From a virus, in the IMG/VR virus record IMGVR_UViG_3300030108_003057, positions 28,422-92,421 of that record: DNA of 64,000 nt; one strand, 5' to 3'. The notes beneath the pieces are model-generated. The model was given only the letters and a program-made list of their open reading frames with translations. It was not told the origin of the DNA and made no database searches. Positions 55,501-64,000 of this stretch are shown here, in pieces (position 1 is the first letter of the stretch; the number at the start of each line of letters is the position of its first letter). A program made the translations under genes and the position numbers.

Positions 55501-56132
55501 TGACGGTAGATGAAACAACTGCATTAATCACAATACTTTCTGATAATTGGGCAGCAGCCTGTACTGCTTTAGATACCACAAATGGTAATGGTTCTATATT
55601 AGATATTCATGCTGTTACTCCACAAATATTAGATATTAGAAATATGAATTCTGCTAAAAATGTTGATGCCCAAGGTAGGTCTCGCGGAGGTAATAGAATA
55701 AATATGGCTAAAATAGAAACAGGAGATAGAACTGCTGCAACACCTGAACCTATTTTTTCTAATGATTTAATTATAATATCACAAACTTCACAAACTGTAA
55801 CTTATCCTACTGTTTTTTGGGATAGTAGAGATGAAGAACACTCAATGCAAATATGGATTAGAACTAGACAAGACGATAGAACTCTAACAAATGGGAATAA
55901 AGTTTCTCCTAATAGTGGAACTTTTGGAATAGATAGAATCCGAAGCCTTTATATTATAGTTAGATATATTATTGAGCAGAAGCGTAAAGGCTATATTAAG
56001 GATGGCGCGTTATACGAAGGAATAAATCATTTGATTTTAGGCGGAAGGACAGAAAGTAACGATAAACGCAATAAATTATTTGGATATAAAATAAATATTA
56101 CGATGAGAAAATTGGCAAAAGCCGTAAGTTAA
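55500..56132 (+). CDS. Putative tail terminator/completion protein
   Basis: Position just upstream of the tail tube; alpha/beta pattern. Confidence 0.5.
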   Translation: MTVDETTALITILSDNWAAACTALDTTNGNGSILDIHAVTPQILDIRNMNSAKNVDAQGRSRGGNRINMAKIETGDRTAATPEPIFSNDLIIISQTSQTVTYPTVFWDSRDEEHSMQIWIRTRQDDRTLTNGNKVSPNSGTFGIDRIRSLYIIVRYIIEQKRKGYIKDGALYEGINHLILGGRTESNDKRNKLFGYKINITMRKLAKAVS

Positions 56133-56151
56133 ATGTAAGTAGGTAAATAAC

Positions 56152-58485
56152 ATGTCGTCAGATGTATGGATGGGAAGTGGTCTAACAATGACTATGGCTC
56201 CCGAATCAAAATTATTTTTAGGATATATGCCGTATGGCCCAACGTTAGGTAGAGTAAGTTCAAACAAAGCAAACTTAATTAAATATAGTTTAGGTTATGC
56301 TGTTGATGGAGCAAGTGTATTAATTGAGAATTCAGATGGTGAAGGTTCAAACGATGTAAAACATTTTACAGATTATTACCATTTAGTTCCAGATTTGTAT
56401 ACTGGTTGTATTGCTGAATTTTATACTAAAAGTGATGAATTAGATTCTTATGCATTAGAATTTACTGCTATGGTAGCAGGTAACGACGCTGATGCTATTT
56501 ACTTTGCTGGTAACCTTGCTGATTTTCCAACACTATATGTCGATACTGATGTAGCAGTTACTTCTTCAAGAAAGAGAGGATATATTTGTTTACAACAACA
56601 TGGGGCAGTAGTACCTGCGCCTATTAGTTTAGAGAAAAGAAATTCTGCTGCTACTAATACTTTCAATGCAGATAACTTACATTTAACTGTAGATTCCGGC
56701 ACTGATGGAAGTGTAGAACATCTAAAAGTAGGAGATTTATTATATACTGATGACCAAGTTTTAATCGGTAAAGTTTGGGGTTTTAGTGTTGATAGTACTG
56801 CACTAACTAAGGCTAATTATCCAGAAGAACATGATGGAACCACAACAGATGATACAATTCATATTCTATCCGATACATTAGGAACATTAGCCAGTGGTTC
56901 AACCCAATCTAACGGTATTGGCACTATTACTGTTCCTGCTGATTTAACAGGTTATCTTACTGCTGGTGATTATATTTCTAATCATGCTAGTGCTAGAGCA
57001 TCTGTTGAAATATTGGGGAAGGTTATTACTCTAAGTAGTGATGGTTTAACGGTCACTTACGCACAAAGCGGTTCAGCAACCGCATCTGCTAGTGATGAAA
57101 TTTATTGGGGTAGAAGAGTTCCTAATGTTGTATCATCAGAAACTGCAATTCATACAGTAAGTCCAAGAGTTCTTTCAGATAACTGGTTAGGATTAGTAGA
57201 TTCTGCTAGTCCTGCAACAACCGATATTACAATGGAGCAAAAAAATCTTGCATTAGGTGGTAGTAGAAACTTTACTTATCAATATAAAGGCATGGAAACT
57301 GCTGGTTCTGCATCATTAGATGTTACATTAAATCAGGGAACTTGGCTACATTATGCTTTAGGAGTAAGTTCAATTAGTTCAAGTACGCCTTCTGCACATG
57401 ATGGAACAAACGCTTTCCAAGTTTCTGATTCTGTTGATAGTGCGGGACATAACGTTTATGCTGGTATTACTACTGATGCTGATGACTATAATACAACAGG
57501 TCATACAACTGCTACTAATGGTAAATTTCATAGAGTGTTAAAGGGTACACAAACTTTATGCCCACCACTATTACCATTTACGGGTGCTGGTAAAATAACT
57601 TTACCTAGTGTTAATGCTTCTACAAAACTTATCGACAATGCAATTACTTATACATTTACTGAAAGTAATGATAGTACATTACCTTCTTTTGCTTTTGAGT
57701 TAGTTGCAGAAAAAGCAGCAAATCTTGAATCATCACCGATGGTAGATAGAGGGACAACTTCAAGACAAGATGGAACTACTTTTGATACAAAAGATAACGT
57801 ATATGCACAAATTCATCCGGGCGCAACAATGGAAAATTTCACTTTAACTGCCGCTGCTGATTCTGCTGCTACTGCTAATATGTCTTTTAATATTAAAAGA
57901 ACTTTTGAATGCCCTACAGGGTATGTTGGTAGAGCATATGACGCAACAAATAATATAACCACTGGGGCTAATTTACCTAGAGTTCTAAATAACTTTGGAC
58001 AAAATACTGGTGTTAGCACTGCTGTTAAACAAGAATTCTTAACTCCTTATTATTTCAGTGATGGTACTGTTAGTTTATTCGGTAGTGAGTTTATGAGGGT
58101 AACTAACTTTAGTTTAACTATTGATAACGGACTAACTGATAAAAGATATATTGGTCAATATAATAAACAAATTAAAAATGTTGTTACAGGTCAAAGAACT
58201 TACAGTATTGATATAACAGCATTAGTGACTGATAGAAGATTATTTGCAGAACTTAGAAATGAGACCGCATTCCGTAGTGCTATGAGTAATTCTAATGTAC
58301 AATTACTATTAGAAAAATCAACTGGAGAACGCATTAAATTACAATTTGATGATTTCATGCTTTCTGTTGTTGGTTTCCCCGGACCTACTGATGAGCGAGG
58401 CCCATTAGAAGTTACATTTAGCATCATGCCTATACGAAAAGGTACAACTGTTGATGCAAAAACTTCTTGGGTAATGCAAGGATAG
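56152..58485 (+). CDS. Major tail (tube) protein with inserted domains
   Basis: TWLHYALG, LPSFAFE, VTNFSLTIDNGL, GQRTYSIDIT tube-protein-like segments; upstream of chaperone and tape measure. Confidence 0.7.
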   Translation: MSSDVWMGSGLTMTMAPESKLFLGYMPYGPTLGRVSSNKANLIKYSLGYAVDGASVLIENSDGEGSNDVKHFTDYYHLVPDLYTGCIAEFYTKSDELDSYALEFTAMVAGNDADAIYFAGNLADFPTLYVDTDVAVTSSRKRGYICLQQHGAVVPAPISLEKRNSAATNTFNADNLHLTVDSGTDGSVEHLKVGDLLYTDDQVLIGKVWGFSVDSTALTKANYPEEHDGTTTDDTIHILSDTLGTLASGSTQSNGIGTITVPADLTGYLTAGDYISNHASARASVEILGKVITLSSDGLTVTYAQSGSATASASDEIYWGRRVPNVVSSETAIHTVSPRVLSDNWLGLVDSASPATTDITMEQKNLALGGSRNFTYQYKGMETAGSASLDVTLNQGTWLHYALGVSSISSSTPSAHDGTNAFQVSDSVDSAGHNVYAGITTDADDYNTTGHTTATNGKFHRVLKGTQTLCPPLLPFTGAGKITLPSVNASTKLIDNAITYTFTESNDSTLPSFAFELVAEKAANLESSPMVDRGTTSRQDGTTFDTKDNVYAQIHPGATMENFTLTAAADSAATANMSFNIKRTFECPTGYVGRAYDATNNITTGANLPRVLNNFGQNTGVSTAVKQEFLTPYYFSDGTVSLFGSEFMRVTNFSLTIDNGLTDKRYIGQYNKQIKNVVTGQRTYSIDITALVTDRRLFAELRNETAFRSAMSNSNVQLLLEKSTGERIKLQFDDFMLSVVGFPGPTDERGPLEVTFSIMPIRKGTTVDAKTSWVMQG

Positions 58486-58535
58486 GCATAAGGTTTATTA
58501 AGAAACTAATGTTTGCTTATATTAAGTGATACAAT

Positions 58536-58913
58536 ATGAATCACAAGATAGCCACAGATAAAAGCAAGTTATTGGTTACGCGCCAATCAACTGAGCATTA
58601 TGTTAGAATCGCTCCCGGTAGCGACGAGTACCTGAAAGTTTGGATTAAGGAACCTACATTCCTTCAACTAGAACAAGCACAGATGAAGTTATTCGACTTC
58701 AATTCTGGTTCGCAAGAAATAAACCTAGATATGTCTGAAGTATACAGATATTTATGGGATGCTTTTGTGGAAAAGACTGAGCCTGCTCTTAGTGCTATGG
58801 ACGTTTTAGGACTTAACCCTTACATCGGTAACCAACTAAAAGAGATTTTACCAAATCCTTTTACTATAATGGAGACTGATGAAGATTTAAAAGTGCCTAC
58901 CGTCGAGCAATAA
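58536..58913 (+). CDS. Tail assembly chaperone (G-like)
   Basis: Between tube and tape measure; slippery TTTAAAA near the 3' end. Confidence 0.7.
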   Translation: MNHKIATDKSKLLVTRQSTEHYVRIAPGSDEYLKVWIKEPTFLQLEQAQMKLFDFNSGSQEINLDMSEVYRYLWDAFVEKTEPALSAMDVLGLNPYIGNQLKEILPNPFTIMETDEDLKVPTVEQ

Positions 58914-59152
58914 GAACAGGAAAAATAGATAATCCACAAATTGCATCGAGGGTAGTCATGTATACATTAGCAAAAGAACTAAATATTCCGCCACATGAGT
59001 TGGTAAACTATCCTATTAGTTTAGTTACAGACTTAATGACTATTTTTGGTGAAGTTAAATCATATGAATCAGAAATGTTAAATAAGGCAACTAAAAATAC
59101 GTCAAATGCATCTCCTAATATTTCTAGTAAGGATGGTGTAAATTTTGGCTGA
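58886..59152 (+). CDS. -1 frameshift extension (GT-like chaperone)
   Basis: T-TTA-AAA at 58886-58892; -1 frame is open (KSAYRRAIRTGKIDNPQIASRVV) into ORF 58958..59152. Confidence 0.75.
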   Translation, partial: FKSAYRRAIRTGKIDNPQIASRVVMYTLAKELNIPPHELVNYPISLVTDLMTIFGEVKSYESEMLNKATKNTSNASPNISSKDGVNFG

Positions 59153-60734
59153 TGAAAAATTTGATATATTTGCTGATAGGATGATAGACCTTGTAAAAGA
59201 GTTACGGGGTGAAACCACTCAATTAAATAAAGAGATGGAAGGTGCTAAAAAACAAACAAAAGGAATGCTTGATTTCTTAACAAAAACTGATAGCCGTTTC
59301 GTTAAATTTAGTAAATTAGCAACAACAGCACAAGCAGACGCTTCTCTAAAACAAAAGGCTTTTGCTCAAACATGGTTAGCAGTTAGACGTATTAGTGCTA
59401 AGGTTAGTTATGACGCATATGCTTTACAAAGTACAATAGTTGGTGCTTTCGATACTATGAAAGCAGTTAGCGATACTGCTAGACTAATTCAAGGAGTTTC
59501 TGCTGAAAAGGCAAAAGAGGAAAAAGAGGCCGAAAAAACTAAATTAGAATTAATTGAAGAACAACGTCAAGCATTAATAAAAATGAAAGACGAAAAAATG
59601 GAAGAAATAGAAGCAGCAAGAGCAGAAAGAGTAGAACAAATAAATTATTTAAAAGAGAAACAACAATATGAGGGGGGTTTAGTTTTTGATGATTATAAAC
59701 TACTTGAAGCACTTGAAGCCAGAGATAGAGATACAGATGAAGAAAAAGAATTATTACAAGAATTTAATAGACTCATGGACGAACTAAATGAAGAAACAAA
59801 AGAAGAAAGAGAGAAGCAAAATAAAAGTAGACTTATAAGTACAAAATTTTATGAGGGTTATAAAAAAATATTTGCGAAAATAAGTCCAAATAAAATAGCA
59901 AAGGTTATACAAAACGTAGGTAAAATGGCAGTAAATTTTATTAGATTTGTAGCCACATTTGTCGCCGTTGCTGCTGCTTTCTATCTTTTTGCTAAACAGG
60001 TAAATCTAAAAGAAATATTACTTTCTATATGGGATGGATTACAAGCGGCGTTTGTTTTTATTAAGCAAGGAATTCTTGCCTTTATTGACGGGTTAGGTAT
60101 GGTTATAACTGGAGTTGTTGGTGTATTTACTGCGATAGATAGACTTTTAGATGGAGATTTTGAAGGATTCTTAGATGCAATATTACCGGCATTAGGACAA
60201 ATACTATTTGGTGTATTACTAGCAGCAGGGGGTTTAATTAGTGCTGTAATAGTTGGAGCAGTAGAATTTCTTTCTGTAATGGTAGATTCATACCTTAGTA
60301 GAATGGCAAGTACTGGTCAAGGAATACTAAGTTCAATACTTAATATAGTAATTGCTGTAACAACGATTGCTTTTGCTATTGGGTTTATTGCTTCAGGTGC
60401 TTGGTTATATACTGCTGCTACTTTCTTAGTAGGTGCAATAGCCGCAGCATTAACAAGAGGAATAATTCCTTTTGCTAACGGTGGAATAGTATCAAATAGA
60501 GGTATGCAATTAGTAGGAGAAAGAGGACCAGAATTAGTATCTTTACCTGTTGGTTCTAGAGTTCATAGTAATAGAGAATCTAGGGCTATGGGTAGTACAA
60601 CAAATATTACAGTAAATGTTCAAGGTCGCATTGGGGCATCTGATGCAGAATTAAGAGATATTGCTCAAAAGATTGGACGTATGGTTAATATGGAAGTTAA
60701 TAGAACAACAGCAAGTAGAACGAGGGGAGCATAA
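59145..60734 (+). CDS. Tape measure protein
   Basis: Coiled-coil then Ala/Gly/hydrophobic helical repeats; C-terminal FANGGIV...LVGERGPELV. Confidence 0.8.
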   Translation: MADEKFDIFADRMIDLVKELRGETTQLNKEMEGAKKQTKGMLDFLTKTDSRFVKFSKLATTAQADASLKQKAFAQTWLAVRRISAKVSYDAYALQSTIVGAFDTMKAVSDTARLIQGVSAEKAKEEKEAEKTKLELIEEQRQALIKMKDEKMEEIEAARAERVEQINYLKEKQQYEGGLVFDDYKLLEALEARDRDTDEEKELLQEFNRLMDELNEETKEEREKQNKSRLISTKFYEGYKKIFAKISPNKIAKVIQNVGKMAVNFIRFVATFVAVAAAFYLFAKQVNLKEILLSIWDGLQAAFVFIKQGILAFIDGLGMVITGVVGVFTAIDRLLDGDFEGFLDAILPALGQILFGVLLAAGGLISAVIVGAVEFLSVMVDSYLSRMASTGQGILSSILNIVIAVTTIAFAIGFIASGAWLYTAATFLVGAIAAALTRGIIPFANGGIVSNRGMQLVGERGPELVSLPVGSRVHSNRESRAMGSTTNITVNVQGRIGASDAELRDIAQKIGRMVNMEVNRTTASRTRGA

Positions 60735-61804
60735 TGGGGAGTAGCGGAATTATTAATGTAACTATTACCAATAGTGGCGAAGTTAGTACTGTAACTTGTG
60801 CAGGTGCTGGAACTTTAGATGATTTTAGTGTAGGTAGTTTAATTAGAATTATTGGTTCTACTAGTAATGCAGGAACTTATAGAATAGCAACAATTGATAA
60901 AGCCCCAACTGGTTCAGAATCAACTCCAATATTTACAACAGTTGAATTATTAGTCGCTGAAGGTTCTGCTTCTAGGGCTATTGTAGATTATGTTTTATAC
61001 AATACAGATGCAATTTCTGATATTAGACAAACTACACAAACACATGGTATGTCCTATCATGTATTTTTAGATTTTGCTGCTAGAGAGGAAAATGATGGTC
61101 AATCCCCTCTTACAAATAGAATTGGTTTATTGGCTGAATCTTTTAATGTGCAAACAAATAAATCAAGACCAACATTTCCTGTGCCGGGAACTGCAATAGT
61201 TACTGGTGAATCTAAAACTTTATCTATTGATTTAGCAGCAGCAAGTAAAACATTTAGTATAAGTGGCGTTATTACTGACCAATTATTAGTTAGAAAATTT
61301 CCATCGAATGTAAGTAAAATGCAAGCAACAAACCCATTATCTGCATCTGGTTATCCGGGAAAAGATGGTGAAGAAGTTGCTAGAATGTTTACGGCACAAG
61401 AAATTGCACAACTATTACATTCATCTTTAGATTCTTCAATCGCACAACCTTATCAAAATATAACAAAAATGGCTGTTCTTATCCCTACAAGAGTAGGTTA
61501 TGATTATAATTATCATGCTGGTGTTGACGCAAATACACCAGTAGAACACTTACCATTAATACCCTTTTCATTCAAAGCGAGGTATCAAGATAATCTAAGA
61601 ACTATTACTTTAGACCAATCGCCTTTCTTTACTCCTTCTCATTCATCTTCTACTGTTTCTCACGCAATTGTTTTACAAAGTATAACTACTGATTTTGTTC
61701 CGGGTCAACCATTTATGACTTTTAGTATGAATGGAGAATTTATATTCGATACGCTTGGAACAGCAAGAGATGTATTTGACGATATAGAGGGAAGCACAAC
61801 ATGA
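60734..61804 (+). CDS. Putative distal tail/baseplate protein
   Basis: Directly after the tape measure; beta-rich. Confidence 0.55.
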   Translation: MGSSGIINVTITNSGEVSTVTCAGAGTLDDFSVGSLIRIIGSTSNAGTYRIATIDKAPTGSESTPIFTTVELLVAEGSASRAIVDYVLYNTDAISDIRQTTQTHGMSYHVFLDFAAREENDGQSPLTNRIGLLAESFNVQTNKSRPTFPVPGTAIVTGESKTLSIDLAAASKTFSISGVITDQLLVRKFPSNVSKMQATNPLSASGYPGKDGEEVARMFTAQEIAQLLHSSLDSSIAQPYQNITKMAVLIPTRVGYDYNYHAGVDANTPVEHLPLIPFSFKARYQDNLRTITLDQSPFFTPSHSSSTVSHAIVLQSITTDFVPGQPFMTFSMNGEFIFDTLGTARDVFDDIEGSTT

Positions 61805-62937
61805 ATTTAATACCATACGCAGGACGACAATACGGTTTACAATTTCCTGTTATGTGTGATGGTTACGTTAGTGTAGATTATTCAGATAATATTGCTAGTG
61901 AAGGTAGAGGTATTTGGGACCACGAAGGAAGTTTTACAGTAGAAGTATTGTTTTGTCCATATGATGTAAATGGTTATGGTTCTAATTCAACCGGAACAAC
62001 CACTAGTGGTTCAAGACCTTTAGATACTTTTTGTAATGGTGGTTTTGGTAATCAAACTAGTCAAAAAACTATGCCTTCTAGGGCAGCAAATATTAGCACA
62101 AATACTGATGATATTTTATACATGCCTGTCGCAAATAGACTTAATCATAGAATGTGTTTATTTTCTAGTACAAACTTTAAATTATATATTATAAATAAAA
62201 CAAGTACTTCTGTTAATCAACCAGCAGAATATTATATAGAAGTACAATTAACAACTGGTTCCACTACTACAACAGTTAGAAGTGGTAAAGTTTTTAATGC
62301 GTTAGATACACATAATATGAGTCATGGTGACCCCACACTTTTTTCTTATACTAAAGGAGCAGTTAATTTATTTAAAACTAATTTTACTGGAGCGCAAAGT
62401 GTTGCTAATGATAAACTATTAGTTAGTGATGCAGATAGCAATAGATTACAAATGAGATTAGAAAACGGTCAAACTTTATTTAAATCGGATGGAACAGTCA
62501 TAGGTGTTGTTGAATCTGTATCTGCTACTTCCGCTACTAATATTTTATTTGAAATGGATAGAGATGTTCATGAAACTTGTGCGAGTTCTACTGATATTTA
62601 CCTTAATGCTCCAAAGGAAATTACTTATCCTTTATCTGCACATCATGTAGGAGTATCTTATCATAGCCCATCAAATACAATTAATATATTTTTTAATGGT
62701 ACTAAAATTGTTAATGGTAAACATACTGATACTACTGTCTTTACATTTGGTGCTGCTGATATTACATTAGGTCAAGATAGAACTAGTACTTCTAATAAAT
62801 ACTCACAATTCATGGGTGAATTACACGAAGTTGCTGTTCTTAAAGGGTCTAAATCTTCTATGAATACTACAACTACATTACTTCCCCAATATAGCGAAAC
62901 ACTACTTTATATCGATTTTGAAGAGGCAGATATATGA
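61801..62937 (+). CDS. Tail protein with a LamG/concanavalin-like domain
   Basis: SFTVEVLF...HHVGVSY...IFFNG...TLGQ...FMGELHEVAV. Confidence 0.65.
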   Translation: MNLIPYAGRQYGLQFPVMCDGYVSVDYSDNIASEGRGIWDHEGSFTVEVLFCPYDVNGYGSNSTGTTTSGSRPLDTFCNGGFGNQTSQKTMPSRAANISTNTDDILYMPVANRLNHRMCLFSSTNFKLYIINKTSTSVNQPAEYYIEVQLTTGSTTTTVRSGKVFNALDTHNMSHGDPTLFSYTKGAVNLFKTNFTGAQSVANDKLLVSDADSNRLQMRLENGQTLFKSDGTVIGVVESVSATSATNILFEMDRDVHETCASSTDIYLNAPKEITYPLSAHHVGVSYHSPSNTINIFFNGTKIVNGKHTDTTVFTFGAADITLGQDRTSTSNKYSQFMGELHEVAVLKGSKSSMNTTTTLLPQYSETLLYIDFEEADI

Positions 62938-64000
62938 CTACTGGTATATACGTATTAAATGCTGGTGACGCTATTCCTACTGGTAGTATTACTAGCGGTG
63001 CTTCTAATAAAGGATTAACTGCACCTACTAACCCAACTATAATTGAGTTTGATTCAGGTGGAGCACAAACTAATGATTTAAATTGTTTTGAAATTTGGGA
63101 CACAAGGGGTTCTGCTAATGCAAATACTATTAATGGTGTATCATCCTCGGCACTTAATAGAGAATATCCCATAAGCACTGATACACTAAGTCATCAAACA
63201 ACTCTAAGTACAACTCCGGGATATAAAATACATTCTAATGTTACACTTTCAACTATAATATCTGGTGGTGTTTTAAAAACTGATAATGATTATTTTGTAT
63301 TAGTTCATTCAGATAATGGTAATAAACATCATTTTGCTAAAATTACTGAGGTAATTAAATACGATACTATGGGAGATGGTTTTGAGTTTGAACCTAGATT
63401 AAAAGAAGATATTCCGGCAGGTACTAAGTTTGCTATATTTAGAGGGCCAGATACTACTGATGCTAGTTATAATGATTTAGTGGCGGTAGGTTACGGTTTA
63501 ACAAGTACAGGTAATAAACATAACCACGTTGTAAATGTTAGTCGCCCAACATTTTATTTTTATAACGACCACATAGATAACCCAATAGATAACGAGTTAG
63601 CACATAGCACAAAATATGAAGTAGTAAAAAGTAGATATGTTAGTTCATCTACTACGGAAAATAATAATATATGTTTTTTAACTACTCCTTCTTTTGGTCC
63701 TAGATTATTAGATAAAAGCCCCTATAAACAAACTGTAAAAATTGTAGATACTGCTTATAATAATGATATATCAACTGATGCTTCTAAACCTCATTTTACT
63801 CGTTATAATACTACAACAGTAGAAACATATACCAACGACCAAACAACATGGGATGATTGTTTTAGAAATTCTAGTAGGTCTGTTTATGCTGCTACTGTTC
63901 CCGGTGCAGTTAGTTCTACTACTAGGTCCGGACCATCAACTCATTTAAGATTTGTTGAGTCTCCAGAAATTACTAAAATTTTAGAAAATGTAGATTCTGT
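62934..64000 (+). CDS. Tail/receptor-binding protein, truncated by the window end
   Basis: ATG 62934 (MTTGIYVLNAGDAIPTG...) overlaps the upstream stop; T/S/N-rich; appears open to the end. Confidence 0.65.
   Translation, partial: MTTGIYVLNAGDAIPTGSITSGASNKGLTAPTNPTIIEFDSGGAQTNDLNCFEIWDTRGSANANTINGVSSSALNREYPISTDTLSHQTTLSTTPGYKIHSNVTLSTIISGGVLKTDNDYFVLVHSDNGNKHHFAKITEVIKYDTMGDGFEFEPRLKEDIPAGTKFAIFRGPDTTDASYNDLVAVGYGLTSTGNKHNHVVNVSRPTFYFYNDHIDNPIDNELAHSTKYEVVKSRYVSSSTTENNNICFLTTPSFGPRLLDKSPYKQTVKIVDTAYNNDISTDASKPHFTRYNTTTVETYTNDQTTWDDCFRNSSRSVYAATVPGAVSSTTRSGPSTHLRFVESPEITKILENVDS

Noticed and set aside
16368-63178. Numerous minus-strand ORFs in the virion arm (e.g. 17640, 25310, 32596, 42251, 49142, 52074)
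   Set aside because: Ser/Leu/Phe-rich shadows of Glu/Lys-rich plus-strand genes; no RBS or motif

Overview
This AT-rich window looks like most of a tailed dsDNA archaeal virus (HK97-type head, siphovirus-like tail). It most resembles the viruses of Marine Group II Euryarchaeota (Poseidoniales; 'magroviruses'). That assignment is inferred from a TFB homologue, GGTGA/GGAGG ribosome-binding sites, TATA boxes, a class II RNR, a DNA ligase inside the head module and GCTD-repeat proteins. There are three zones. (1) 1-10.9 kb, minus strand: metabolic/regulatory arm with a JAB/MPN+ protease, ThiF/E1, a ubiquitin-like protein ending GG-C, TFB, NrdJ, a DenV-like glycosylase, MazG, tRNA-Leu(TAA) and many zinc-finger micro-ORFs. 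(2) 10.9-16.8 kb: gene-poor strand-switch region with an origin-like inverted iteron set, 14 copies of the palindrome core CCATATGG, several RNA-like stems and a head-to-head paralogue pair. (3) 16.8-64 kb, plus strand: virion arm with small and large terminase, a LAGLIDADG-domain protein, portal, ligase, protease-scaffold, major capsid protein, tail tube, frameshifted chaperone and tape measure. The most striking observation is that about 22 unrelated proteins in the virion arm begin with the same short tag, M-x-W-x-x-[ILV]-[ILV]-K. The tag resembles the C-terminal helix of the scaffold and ends in a putative maturation-protease Lys site, which suggests a modular capsid-cargo addressing system. 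The second is a virus-encoded Ubl/E1/JAB conjugation set. All product calls come from motif recognition by eye; no searches were run.
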